A DNA stretch of 64,000 bases from Desulfurococcaceae archaeon. Its GTDB lineage: Archaea; Thermoproteota; Thermoprotei_A; Sulfolobales; Desulfurococcaceae. The notes beneath the pieces were generated by a model. It was given only the letters and a program-made list of their open reading frames with translations, was not told where the DNA came from and made no database searches. The stretch is taken from positions 101,508-165,507 of the forward strand of contig JAWBBW010000001.1 in assembly GCA_038824035.1 (NCBI GenBank). Direction: 5' to 3'. Shown here piece after piece: positions 20,530 through 29,966 of the stretch (position 1 is its first letter; each line of letters begins with the position of its first letter). Position numbers and translations under genes: made by a program.

Positions 20530-22166
20530 ATCCACCATTCAGAACACCGCGAAATCGTTTTTGGTTTTAGAACAAGGTGGGAGATAAATAGCATTATGAT
20601 CAATTTCAGGGATGAGAAAACAATGGTGATTATCAGTGGATTCAAAGCCACAGGATATATCGACAAGGATATGTAGATCGCCCATGGCAACGAGTTCATG
20701 AAAAGAGAAACAATCATGAGCGGTATTAGCTTACCGAGCTTGGAGTAAATATTACCCGAATACATATCGACACCGAATAATCTCAACCCGATCACAGAGT
20801 AGAATAAACATGTGGCCGGATTAGATATAAGCGTGAAAGACATGTTGATGAGCTCTAATAGCCTCCACGGTGCAAACAGTGATGTGAGTATTAGTAGAAC
20901 AATATACATCAAGGCGTAGATGATTGATGCAAGTAATACCTTTGCATACACGAGATCCCTTTCATCTAGTGGCAGTGTTTTCAAGTATATATAAGAATAT
21001 TGCTCTATGAAGAACAAGACAGGGGTATAGAACAGTGTTATCCATATGGATATCAGGAATATCAATAAATGTGACACCCCTTGTATTACCCAGTATACCA
21101 CTGTGAACCCTATTGGCATGGTCAATACTAGGAACACACCTGGGTTTCTCAAACCAAGTCTAAGGTCCTTTAAAATCAGCGCGATATACGTGCTCCGTGG
21201 TTTCAACCCTTGCATATAACCTGGTCCACGATACTCGATGGGCGGGATATGTCTCATCAAGAGGCCTTTGATCCACGTATTAATCCATCGAATTATGTAA
21301 ATCGACATCGAGACATAGATAACGAGCCCGATCACGGCGAAGAGGGCTTTCTCCGGATTTGGCGACATTCCAAGGGTTAAATGAGCAATCAACTCCGTGA
21401 ATGGGAAAGGATATATGATCAGCATTAAGGGATTGCTCGATATGTTCATAGAGCATTGTTCTAAGAACATGTAAAACCTAGGCAATACGCTGTAGAGAAA
21501 ATAGATCATGTAATATGGCATGATCCACATAATCAAGAGCAATAATCTCTTGAAAACAGATCTCTCGCCGAAAACTATTTTCGAGAATAAAACCCCCATG
21601 TATAGTGATATTGAGAGAGCCAGTATTATCGATGAAAACACCGTAACCAGGTAAAGAGGTAGCCCAAGCATCGACCCAGGGATCAATATATACATGGCTA
21701 TGGATGACGCGGTGTAAACAAATACAGGGATATCATATGCCCTCATGATTGCCAGGAACACTAGAGCAGAGGCGTCTCTAACTGTAATGGGGTTTGATAA
21801 TAGGAAATCAGCGAACTTGATCCTACCTATCGATGAGAATTCCTGGATACCGGCGAAAAGAAACAAGATCACAGCGACCAACACTGTAGATGACATTCTC
21901 ATGGAGAGTGATTGAGGGGTTATGGAGGCATTATCATTCAGGAGATCTAGGTATGGCAAGGCGGATGCCAATACCAGGGCTATTGAATACATGACCTTAC
22001 TAGCGAACACGTTCACCATTGCGTTATTAACCAGTTTACTTGCCTTGGTATTTGAGGATCTATTGCTCAATGATTGTAGAACTGGATGTGTTGATTGAAA
22101 CACTAATTCTTTATACAACATGCCGCTGAGTCTCCAATACTGCTTCATGGTATTCAAGATACCCAT
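20526..22166 (-). CDS. ABC exporter membrane subunit
   Basis: Polytopic; KDLRLGLRNP motif; follows the ABC ATPase. Confidence 0.8.
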   Translation of the reverse strand: MGILNTMKQYWRLSGMLYKELVFQSTHPVLQSLSNRSSNTKASKLVNNAMVNVFASKVMYSIALVLASALPYLDLLNDNASITPQSLSMRMSSTVLVAVILFLFAGIQEFSSIGRIKFADFLLSNPITVRDASALVFLAIMRAYDIPVFVYTASSIAMYILIPGSMLGLPLYLVTVFSSIILALSISLYMGVLFSKIVFGERSVFKRLLLLIMWIMPYYMIYFLYSVLPRFYMFLEQCSMNISSNPLMLIIYPFPFTELIAHLTLGMSPNPEKALFAVIGLVIYVSMSIYIIRWINTWIKGLLMRHIPPIEYRGPGYMQGLKPRSTYIALILKDLRLGLRNPGVFLVLTMPIGFTVVYWVIQGVSHLLIFLISIWITLFYTPVLFFIEQYSYIYLKTLPLDERDLVYAKVLLASIIYALMYIVLLILTSLFAPWRLLELINMSFTLISNPATCLFYSVIGLRLFGVDMYSGNIYSKLGKLIPLMIVSLFMNSLPWAIYISLSIYPVALNPLIITIVFSSLKLIIMLFISHLVLKPKTISRCSEWWI

Positions 22167-22172
22167 GTCAAA

Positions 22173-22973
22173 TCATTCCTCGAGCACCTTAGCGATCTCG
22201 CGAACCCATTCATCACGCTTCGTGAGCCTGAGGAAGAGATCTTCTAGGCTTCCTCGCGATTTCGACATCTCGGCCAATTCATTGATCCCGCCCTCGGCTA
22301 TTAGAACGCCTCGATCAATTATGCCGATCCGATCGCAGATTTTCTCGGCTATCTCCATTATATGAGTTGAGAGGAGAATGGCGTTGTTTTTTGAAACATG
22401 GTGTTTCAGATACTCCTTTAAAACCCTTGCTGAGAACGTGTCTAGGCCCGTGAAAGGCTCATCCAATACAAGTAGCTTTGGATCGTGAAGCAACGCTAAC
22501 ATGATCAATAGTTTTTGCTTATTACCCCTAGATAGCGCGAAAACAGGTGTTTCGAGGCACTCTTCAAATGAAAACGAGTTAATCAATTTGCCTAGCTTGT
22601 TGTTCAAACTAGCCTTGTCAATGCCTCTAATAGATGAGGTGAACTCTATTATCTCCCTTGGGGTAAGCGCTTCAGGCACTATTGGCTCCTCAGGTACATA
22701 TCCTATTAGGTTTTTAACGTGTTTGTCATCTCTTGGGGATCTCCCGTAGATCAATACTTCGCCCTCATACCTGTCTATGATGCCCACGACAGCTTTCAGC
22801 GTGCTCGACTTTCCAGCGCCATTTGGCCCCAGGAGACAATACATTTCCCCCATATCGACTTTGAACGAGACTTTGTTTACAGCTATTTTATCGCCATAAC
22901 TTATAACAAGGTCTTTGACGATTAACGGAGTACTTCGCAAGATATGTGGCACCCGCCGTGGTGATGATCGCAC
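22173..22973 (-). CDS. ABC exporter ATP-binding protein (true start probably slightly downstream)
   Basis: GPNGAGKS, LSRGNKQK, LDEP, STH. Confidence 0.93.
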   Translation of the reverse strand: MRSSPRRVPHILRSTPLIVKDLVISYGDKIAVNKVSFKVDMGEMYCLLGPNGAGKSSTLKAVVGIIDRYEGEVLIYGRSPRDDKHVKNLIGYVPEEPIVPEALTPREIIEFTSSIRGIDKASLNNKLGKLINSFSFEECLETPVFALSRGNKQKLLIMLALLHDPKLLVLDEPFTGLDTFSARVLKEYLKHHVSKNNAILLSTHIMEIAEKICDRIGIIDRGVLIAEGGINELAEMSKSRGSLEDLFLRLTKRDEWVREIAKVLEE

Positions 22974-23034
22974 AAGTGCTTAATAAAAGCAATCGGCCTG
23001 AATTATGAATAACTTGTTTCAAACACAAAATATT

Positions 23035-25311
23035 TTATATGAACTGCGTGATGGCTGTGAAATAGTGTCTCCTCTCATATACAACGGTTCTCTCCCCCAC
23101 GACCTCAAACGAGCTCTCCAATACTATATCTTCAGCGTTCTTTCCAATCATGACCTTGTAAACACCTGGTTCGATCACCAGTTTGAAGTCCGCGTCATAG
23201 TATGCTAGTGATTCGATTGGAACCCTGAACACTATCTTCTTCTTCTCGCCTGGATTTAAATAGATCTTGCAGAACCCTTTCAATTCCCTCAAAGGCCTGG
23301 TCACGCTTGAGTAATCCCTTGAGATATATAATTGCACCACTTCTTTACCAGGGTATTTACCAGTGTTCTCTACCGTGACCCCTATCTCCACGAACCCGAA
23401 TACAGTGGTTTGCTTCGGCTTCACAATAAGATCGTTGTATTCGAACTCTGTATAACTGAGTCCATAGCCAAATGGGAACAAAGGCTTTGAATCCATATCT
23501 ATGTAGCTCCTAAAGGAGGAGGGTTTTCTCGAGTAATATACTGGTATTTGACCAATGTCCTTTGGTATGGAGATTGGTAACCTGCCAGAGGGGTTCACAT
23601 CACCGAAGATCACATCGGCTATCGCGTTGCCACCCTCTTCTCCGGGAAACCAGGCTTCTATGACAGCGTCTACGTATTGTAATATGTTCGTCACGGCCAA
23701 TGGCCTTCCATTGATCAACACGAGGACTATGGGTTTACCGGTCTTACTGAGCTCTTTTATCAACTCCTCCTGTATGCCTGGCAATCTCAGTGATGCCCTG
23801 TCAACTCCTTCTCCCGATGTGTGTTGAGCGATCTCCTTGTTTAAGCCAAACCAAGCTGGATCTAAACCACTTTTCTCACCCATAACGGCCACTACGACAT
23901 CAGCGTTCATAGCGACCTCAATCGCTTCTTTGAAACCACTCCTATCCTGTGAATCTATATCACAGCCCTTGGCATACAATACCCTTGTCCTACCGGAGAC
24001 CTTGTTCTTAATCCCCTCCAGCACGGTGATCACTTTAACCGATATCCCCTCTCCTGGAACATGGGCATCGTAATGGTAGTCGCCAAGCATATTTCTAGGC
24101 GACGCCGCATTAGGCCCTATTACAGCTATTGATCCTATGTCTTTCGGCAACGGTAGAATGCCGTTATTCTTAAGCAACACTATGGATTCTCTCGCCGCTT
24201 CTAATGCCAACCTCCTATGAACCTCGTTGTCAAGGGTTTCGGGGACATTTAACTCATCGATAAATGGGTTTTCAAATAAACCAAGCATATGTTTCAATCT
24301 CAACACACGCTCAACTGCCCGGTCAATTATTGATTGCGATATCAGGCCATCTCTAACAGCATCCACGAGCTGGTCAAAACACTCTATGTCGAGGAAATTG
24401 AGGTCGACTCCTGCTTCAAGTGCTAGCTTAAAGGCCGTGGTACAGTCCTTCGCAATCTTGTGTATACTGTGTAATTGCAATATGCCGTTGTAATCTGATA
24501 CCACTATTCCTCTAAATCCCCATTCACGCCTTAACACATCTGTCAATAGCCATTTATTTGCATGACAAGGTATACCGTCTATTTCGTGGTAGGCGGGCAT
24601 AATTGCTAGTAAACCCCCTAGTTTCACAGCGACCTCGAATGGGTATAGATGTTGCTCCATGAACTCCCTTAACCCCAGATGTACCTGGGCGATGTTTCTC
24701 CCACCTTCGGGGAATCCATGCCCGGCGAAATGCTTACCTGTCGCAACCACTCCTTTCGAGATATCCTCGGTTTGCAACCCAGTTATGTATTTCAAGCCCA
24801 TTGATGCAACCAGGTATGGATCCTCGCCATATGTTTCCTCACATCTACCCCACCTAGGATCTCTACATAGGTCTAGGACGGGGGATAGGCAATGACGTGA
24901 GCCGATCAACATGGCTTGCTCCCTGATAGCTGAGGCGATCCTCTCAATTAGTTCAGGGTTCCATGTCGATGCAAGCCCTATCGCCTGTGGGAAAACCGTT
25001 GCAGTGGGGGCCATTAATCCCGCTAAACACTCCTCATGTATAATGGCTGGTATTCCAAGCCTTGTTTTCTCCTTTAAAAACCTCTGCACGGCATTCGCTA
25101 TCTTAGCTGCCTCTCTTGGTTTAAGCCTCAACCTGGAACCACCTATCCTGGTGATTTGCCCTATACCATGTGCCAAGTATTCCTTGGCCTTGGCTTCGCT
25201 GAATTCTTTGCCATCTAGGAGCTTGTCAACGGGGATTGACTGTAATTGCGCGATCTTTTCCTCAATGCTCATTTTACCCAGGAGCTCGTCTACTAGGTGG
25301 GCATTGGTCAA
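23035..25311 (-). CDS. GH3 beta-xylosidase/beta-glucosidase
   Basis: RDPRWGR.EETYGED, KHF, SDY nucleophile, SIVLLKN, FPFGYGLSY, Fn3 ELKGF. Confidence 0.95.
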   Translation of the reverse strand: MTNAHLVDELLGKMSIEEKIAQLQSIPVDKLLDGKEFSEAKAKEYLAHGIGQITRIGGSRLRLKPREAAKIANAVQRFLKEKTRLGIPAIIHEECLAGLMAPTATVFPQAIGLASTWNPELIERIASAIREQAMLIGSRHCLSPVLDLCRDPRWGRCEETYGEDPYLVASMGLKYITGLQTEDISKGVVATGKHFAGHGFPEGGRNIAQVHLGLREFMEQHLYPFEVAVKLGGLLAIMPAYHEIDGIPCHANKWLLTDVLRREWGFRGIVVSDYNGILQLHSIHKIAKDCTTAFKLALEAGVDLNFLDIECFDQLVDAVRDGLISQSIIDRAVERVLRLKHMLGLFENPFIDELNVPETLDNEVHRRLALEAARESIVLLKNNGILPLPKDIGSIAVIGPNAASPRNMLGDYHYDAHVPGEGISVKVITVLEGIKNKVSGRTRVLYAKGCDIDSQDRSGFKEAIEVAMNADVVVAVMGEKSGLDPAWFGLNKEIAQHTSGEGVDRASLRLPGIQEELIKELSKTGKPIVLVLINGRPLAVTNILQYVDAVIEAWFPGEEGGNAIADVIFGDVNPSGRLPISIPKDIGQIPVYYSRKPSSFRSYIDMDSKPLFPFGYGLSYTEFEYNDLIVKPKQTTVFGFVEIGVTVENTGKYPGKEVVQLYISRDYSSVTRPLRELKGFCKIYLNPGEKKKIVFRVPIESLAYYDADFKLVIEPGVYKVMIGKNAEDIVLESSFEVVGERTVVYERRHYFTAITQFI

Positions 25312-25440
25312 ACCATTGATCACCAGGATCCATCTTATATATGTGTATATGTAAGGTTTTAAAAAGTGATTTAACCAGTTAATATCCGGTAACGCGATGC
25401 CATGAACAGGTAGGTCAGTAATATAGGTGATGTATCGATA

Positions 25441-26760
25441 TCACTGCCTATTTCCACGTTGCTTCTTGGAGTAAATAGTGCTGTATATCAGGGTGGTCAA
25501 CATCGTAAACAATAACGTAACTATTGTGGATCCCAGTGATGAGCCTATCTGTGTGAACACCGGTATCTCAAGCCCCGGTATAAGACTCGAGCCAGCTAGG
25601 GATATGTACATGGCGAATCCGATCAGCCACACTGCCACGTTGAGTTTCCTAAACCCAGGTATTGATCCATCTCTCCACTCCATGTATTCATTTCTCGAAA
25701 CCACGTAATCACCGATCATCACTCCTATTAAACTAGTAAAAGCACCTCCTATCATTAGCAGGAACCACTCGTATTTCTCAACTGGGAAGAACACGCCGAG
25801 CAATATGCCGGCGATCCCCGCGTAGATTATTTGTCTCCTCGCATCGATGTCTACGAGGATGTTCTTGACACTAATGCCCGCGCTGTATACATCTAGAAAT
25901 GTCGTGGTCGTCGTGAATAGTATTATCAATAACATGGCCGGTATCCCGAGACCGTACGTAGCTATAATGCTCACAGGATCCATTAAATTGGCCATGGCAT
26001 TGGACAACGCGCCTAAGACGTAAAACAACGTGCTTGAGATAAAATACCCCACATAACTTCCCCAGAAAGCGTCTCGAGGTCTCTTGGCGAACCTGGTGTA
26101 ATCAGCTATTAATGGCGCCCATGAAACAGGCATTGCGATGACAAGGTCCAATCCAAGCCAAAACCTGTGGTCTAGTATCAATGGCTCTTTGAAAAGCCCT
26201 ATGATATCGTGGTTCATAAACATGAGTATTGTCAACCAGGCGACAACGATGGCCAATGCGATCACCGATATTTTCTCGATCAATCTCCATCTCTCAGGCC
26301 CTATAATACTCCACCAGATCACGGCTAACCCGATGACCACTATGAATAGCCATTTGAGGTCAACGGGGTTATTTGATAACTCGCTCACTACATGGTTGGA
26401 TGCCAATGCAGCAACGATCAACATTACAGCTGTCCAACCTATTAATTGAATGTAATTCATCGCGGAGGCCATGTAAGAGCCTTTTCGACCAAGCGATTTC
26501 CTGGTTAATACCATGGTGGGTACACCTGATTCCTCGCCCATTAGTCCTATTAACGAGAGCAGTGCATTACCTATGAAATGTCCTATAACTATTGCCAATA
26601 TGGCGCTTGGCACGTTTAGACCAAGCACTGATATTAGGATCGCCCCTGCCCAGAACTCCGCGATACTTATCCCGGCTCCAAACCATATGTTGAACATATC
26701 TAGGAAACCAAATACCCGTTGACCCCGTTCTACGGGCTTTATGTCATATCCAAGGGACGT
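25441..26760 (-). CDS. NCS1 family permease, CytX-like (putative hydroxymethylpyrimidine transporter); start ACG 26760 or ATG 26697
   Basis: WFGAGISIAE, QLIGWTAVM, AMPVSWAPLIADYTRF, TTFLDVYSAG. Confidence 0.85.
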   Translation of the reverse strand, partial: TSLGYDIKPVERGQRVFGFLDMFNIWFGAGISIAEFWAGAILISVLGLNVPSAILAIVIGHFIGNALLSLIGLMGEESGVPTMVLTRKSLGRKGSYMASAMNYIQLIGWTAVMLIVAALASNHVVSELSNNPVDLKWLFIVVIGLAVIWWSIIGPERWRLIEKISVIALAIVVAWLTILMFMNHDIIGLFKEPLILDHRFWLGLDLVIAMPVSWAPLIADYTRFAKRPRDAFWGSYVGYFISSTLFYVLGALSNAMANLMDPVSIIATYGLGIPAMLLIILFTTTTTFLDVYSAGISVKNILVDIDARRQIIYAGIAGILLGVFFPVEKYEWFLLMIGGAFTSLIGVMIGDYVVSRNEYMEWRDGSIPGFRKLNVAVWLIGFAMYISLAGSSLIPGLEIPVFTQIGSSLGSTIVTLLFTMLTTLIYSTIYSKKQRGNRQ

Positions 26761-26816
26761 GGCATCACCTCGATTACCGTCTTTTCACGTGATTTACAAT
26801 GGATCGTCATAAGTAC

Positions 26817-26839
26817 TTTATAAACATTATGATAATGTT
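26817..26839. promoter_or_regulatory. TATA box TTTATAAA with adjoining palindrome AACATTAT-G-ATAATGTT
   Basis: Seen directly between the divergent permease and dehydrogenase genes. Confidence 0.5.
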
Positions 26840-26917
26840 ATTATCAATAATTTCACAGAACGACACGTCACTGGTTTTTACCCAGCCAGGTCATTTATTG
26901 AACATGGGTGTGAACGC

Positions 26918-27988
26918 GTGCACGTAGTCGTGCTCGGGGCCGGTAGGATTGGGTCATTTGTTGCACGTGAATTAGCTAGGTCCTTTGAAGTACTCGTTGT
27001 TGACAAGGATATGATTAAACTCGAGTCATTGAGACCTCTCATGGACACTCTTGTCCTTGATGTGAGTAATGAAGATGCCCTTATAAACATCATTAAGGGA
27101 TTCGACATAGTGGTGAACGCTTTACCTGGGGGTTTAGGGTTTAAGGTGATCAAAGCATGTATAAGGACCCGTAAAGACCTTGTGGATATATCATTTATGC
27201 CTGAAAATCCATTACCTCTCGACAAGGAGATCAGAGACGCCGGGATCACTGTGGTTATTGATGCCGGCTTCGCGCCTGGTTTAAGCAATATATTGATAGG
27301 TAGTATTTACAGGGAACTTGGATACATCGATGAGGGCGAGATAAACGTTGGTTGTTTACCCAAAAACCCAAAACCCCCGTTATACCACGCTGTGCTTTTC
27401 TCTCCACTTGACTTGATCGACGAATACCTCCGGCCAGCTAGGATGTTAAGGGGTGGGAGAATAGTTGAAACAAGCCCACTGAGTGTCATAGAGAGAAAGA
27501 AAATCATGGGGTTCGAGTTCGAGAGATTCCCGACTGATGGGTTAAGGACTATGCTCTACACCATCAAGGCCATAGACTTGACTGAATATACTCTGAGATG
27601 GCCTGGTCACCTGGAGAAAATGAAGACGTTATGGGAACTTGGTTTCCTCGACAAGGAGAACCTTGCTAAGACACTTGAAGTGATATTGCCGAAAATGGTG
27701 CACAAGGATGTGGATATTTCCGTAATGGAGGTCAAAGGCAAGAGTGGCAATGTCGAGATCGTTTATACTGTTTACGATGAGGCTAGGAACGGTGATTTAT
27801 CCATAGCTAGGACAACTGGGTACACAGCTATATCCATAACACGCCTCTTAGCCATGAATAAGCTGAACCCGGGCCTGGTGCCCCCTGAAACACTGGGCAT
27901 TGATCCATGGGCGTTTAATTACATATTGAACGAGATAAGGTCAACTGGGATAATCGTGAATACCGAGAAACATGTACTTGATGTGTAA
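26918..27988 (+). CDS. Saccharopine dehydrogenase / lysine dehydrogenase family
   Basis: GAGRIG, NALPG..G, GFAPGLSN, TDGLRT, TLRWPGH, RTTG. Confidence 0.88.
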   Translation: MHVVVLGAGRIGSFVARELARSFEVLVVDKDMIKLESLRPLMDTLVLDVSNEDALINIIKGFDIVVNALPGGLGFKVIKACIRTRKDLVDISFMPENPLPLDKEIRDAGITVVIDAGFAPGLSNILIGSIYRELGYIDEGEINVGCLPKNPKPPLYHAVLFSPLDLIDEYLRPARMLRGGRIVETSPLSVIERKKIMGFEFERFPTDGLRTMLYTIKAIDLTEYTLRWPGHLEKMKTLWELGFLDKENLAKTLEVILPKMVHKDVDISVMEVKGKSGNVEIVYTVYDEARNGDLSIARTTGYTAISITRLLAMNKLNPGLVPPETLGIDPWAFNYILNEIRSTGIIVNTEKHVLDV

Positions 27989-28052
27989 GAAGGCTTGTAC
28001 CGGGTAATAATGTATTTAAACTATCTCTCCATAAAAAACCTAGTAGTGAGTA

Positions 28053-28190
28053 ATGATGTGTCCAGATACTCAAGCCCTGCTATCGGTAGAAGAACTCAGA
28101 GTGTGACATCCTGTTAGAAAATTTTTCCCGGTTGTGGGTTATATAAGGGCTGTGGAATAAGGAGCTCGTGGGGATTGCCGCTTTGGGGAT
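28053..28190 (+). pseudogene. Remnant of an OppF/DppF ABC ATPase N-terminus
   Basis: MMCPDTQALLSVEELRV*HPVRKFFPVVGYIRAVE*, then ELVGIA in another frame. Confidence 0.5.
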
Positions 28191-28447
28191 ATCTAGTGGC
28201 ATGGTTGTTGAATTGAAAAGGAGAAAACAATTGTCAATGAACTGGGGCGAATTCACAAATCCTAAAATTGTGGATTGATCGAGTAGTTCCAGGATAATAC
28301 ATATTTTGGTTAGAATCCTTGAGAATATGTCGATCCAGAAGTTGATGGAAAGTTTTTATCTTACATCGTTCATATCAAACCGTGGCCAAGGGGATTGGCT
28401 GGGCAATGTAATTACATAACAACGTAGATGAAGCTAAGTGTGGGAAT

Positions 28448-29837
28448 ACGTGTGAATATAAACTGGGCATAGAGGGCCTTGACCAGGTTATCGGTGAATC
28501 AATATACCCTGGGACACTGCTCGTGATTGCTGGGCATCCTGGGACTGGTAAGACAACTCTCTCCTCTACAATATGTTATTCAAATGCCCTTAGAAGATAT
28601 AAGTGCCTCTTATCTCCTTCCAAGAGACCAAGGAAAAGCTTTTCAGGCTTATGAAAAACCTTGGAATGGATTTCTCAGAGCTGGAGAAACAGGGATTATA
28701 TAGCTATGTTAAAATACCTGTTGTGAAAAAACCAGAAGATATAATAGAGTTCATCAATAAGGTCATTGGCGATATAAATCCAAAGATAATCGCGATAGAT
28801 TCCATTAGTGTATTATTAGAGAGCGTTAAGGCAGATGATAAAAGGGCCTGGCTTCAGAACTACTTCTACATGCTCCCGGAAATGATAAACGGCTTATTAA
28901 TACTAATAGCTGAGATCCCCGTGGACAAGGAGAAAATAGATCTCGGATCAATAGAATTCGTGGCAGATATAGTGTTGATCATGAAACATAGAGTTGAACT
29001 AGGCCTTCTAAGCAGGGTGATCGAGATCAGGAAAGCGAGGAACTCCCCGTTATCCATCGTAGAAATACCATTCCGTATCACGAGAGGTAAGGGTATAGAG
29101 GTCTTTATACTGCCATTCCAATGAACCTGAGTAAAAATTTCGGCCATTACGAGGTTAGAGCGCTATTTTTCAAAGACGTGATTGGCGTGATACCTATGGA
29201 TGGGGTCATCGCGTATATATACTCACCAGATGCCAGGATTTACACGCCATTGCTTTTCCTGGCTGATATTATCCTCAGATATAGACTAAAGATCATGGTA
29301 GTATCGTTCATCGAACACCCCTATACCCTTATCAAAATCGCCGAAGACCTTGGGGTCGTTGAGACAAAATTAGATGAGGAGATGATAAGGGATATTCTTT
29401 CCAAACACTTGATCGTAGTTGAGAGCATAAATCCCTATTCGGCGACAATGAATGAGATCTGGATGAAATTGCTCAGCATGATCAATGAACATAAGCCAAA
29501 TATCCTGTTCATACATGGGCTTGAATCCATTTATCCAATCCTCAATAAACACGCCGGTACATTGTTTGCTGTTATGTTTAATGCGCTTCAATTTTTGAAA
29601 TCCATGGGTATTTTAACGGTATTGTTGTTATCACGCATAGATGGATCCCAGGACTTGTTCCTACCTCTATGTGACATTGTTCTGAGTATTTTGAGGAAAA
29701 CAGGAAGCAATGTAGAGGTTTACTTATATTTATGGAAAGGGGATAATGCTCCGGGGATTTACAAGCTAAATTTAAAAGAGATGAGGAGATCGCTGGGCGA
29801 ATACATGAGGAATATTATACAGGGCAATAATGGCTAA
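28448..29837 (+). pseudogene. KaiC/RAD55-family ATPase, frameshifted
   Basis: GIEGLD...GHPGTGKT is out of frame with ISFQE...IDSIS...IRKARN (shift near 28610). ACG at the expected start. 29121-29837 is a degenerate second domain or separate gene. Confidence 0.8.
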
Positions 29838-29896
29838 GCTTTTTAGCATATATATTTATTATGTTTAGTGAAAAAGCCTAAGTGGACCTGGTAACC

Positions 29897-29946
29897 GTGA
29901 TGAGGATCTTTGGGCCTGAACTTATGAAGAAATGGCGGAGTTCTGA
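29897..29946 (+). ncRNA. Box C/D sRNA
   Basis: C GTGATGA, 12 nt, D' CTGA, ACTT, C' ATGAAGA, 12 nt, D CTGA: canonical geometry. Confidence 0.85.
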
Positions 29947-29966
29947 TCATAGAGTCAAGCTTGTTT

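Noticed and set aside
22961-23001. GTGATGA...CTGA as a C/D sRNA
   Set aside because: No internal D'/C' boxes; it overlaps the promoter and start of the opposite-strand ABC ATPase
26761-26917. TPP riboswitch upstream of the CytX-like permease
   Set aside because: No CTGAGA or other TPP aptamer core; the region is AT-rich promoter DNA
28205-28220. GAATTGAAAAG resembling a CRISPR repeat 3' end
   Set aside because: Single occurrence, no periodic repeat, no cas genes
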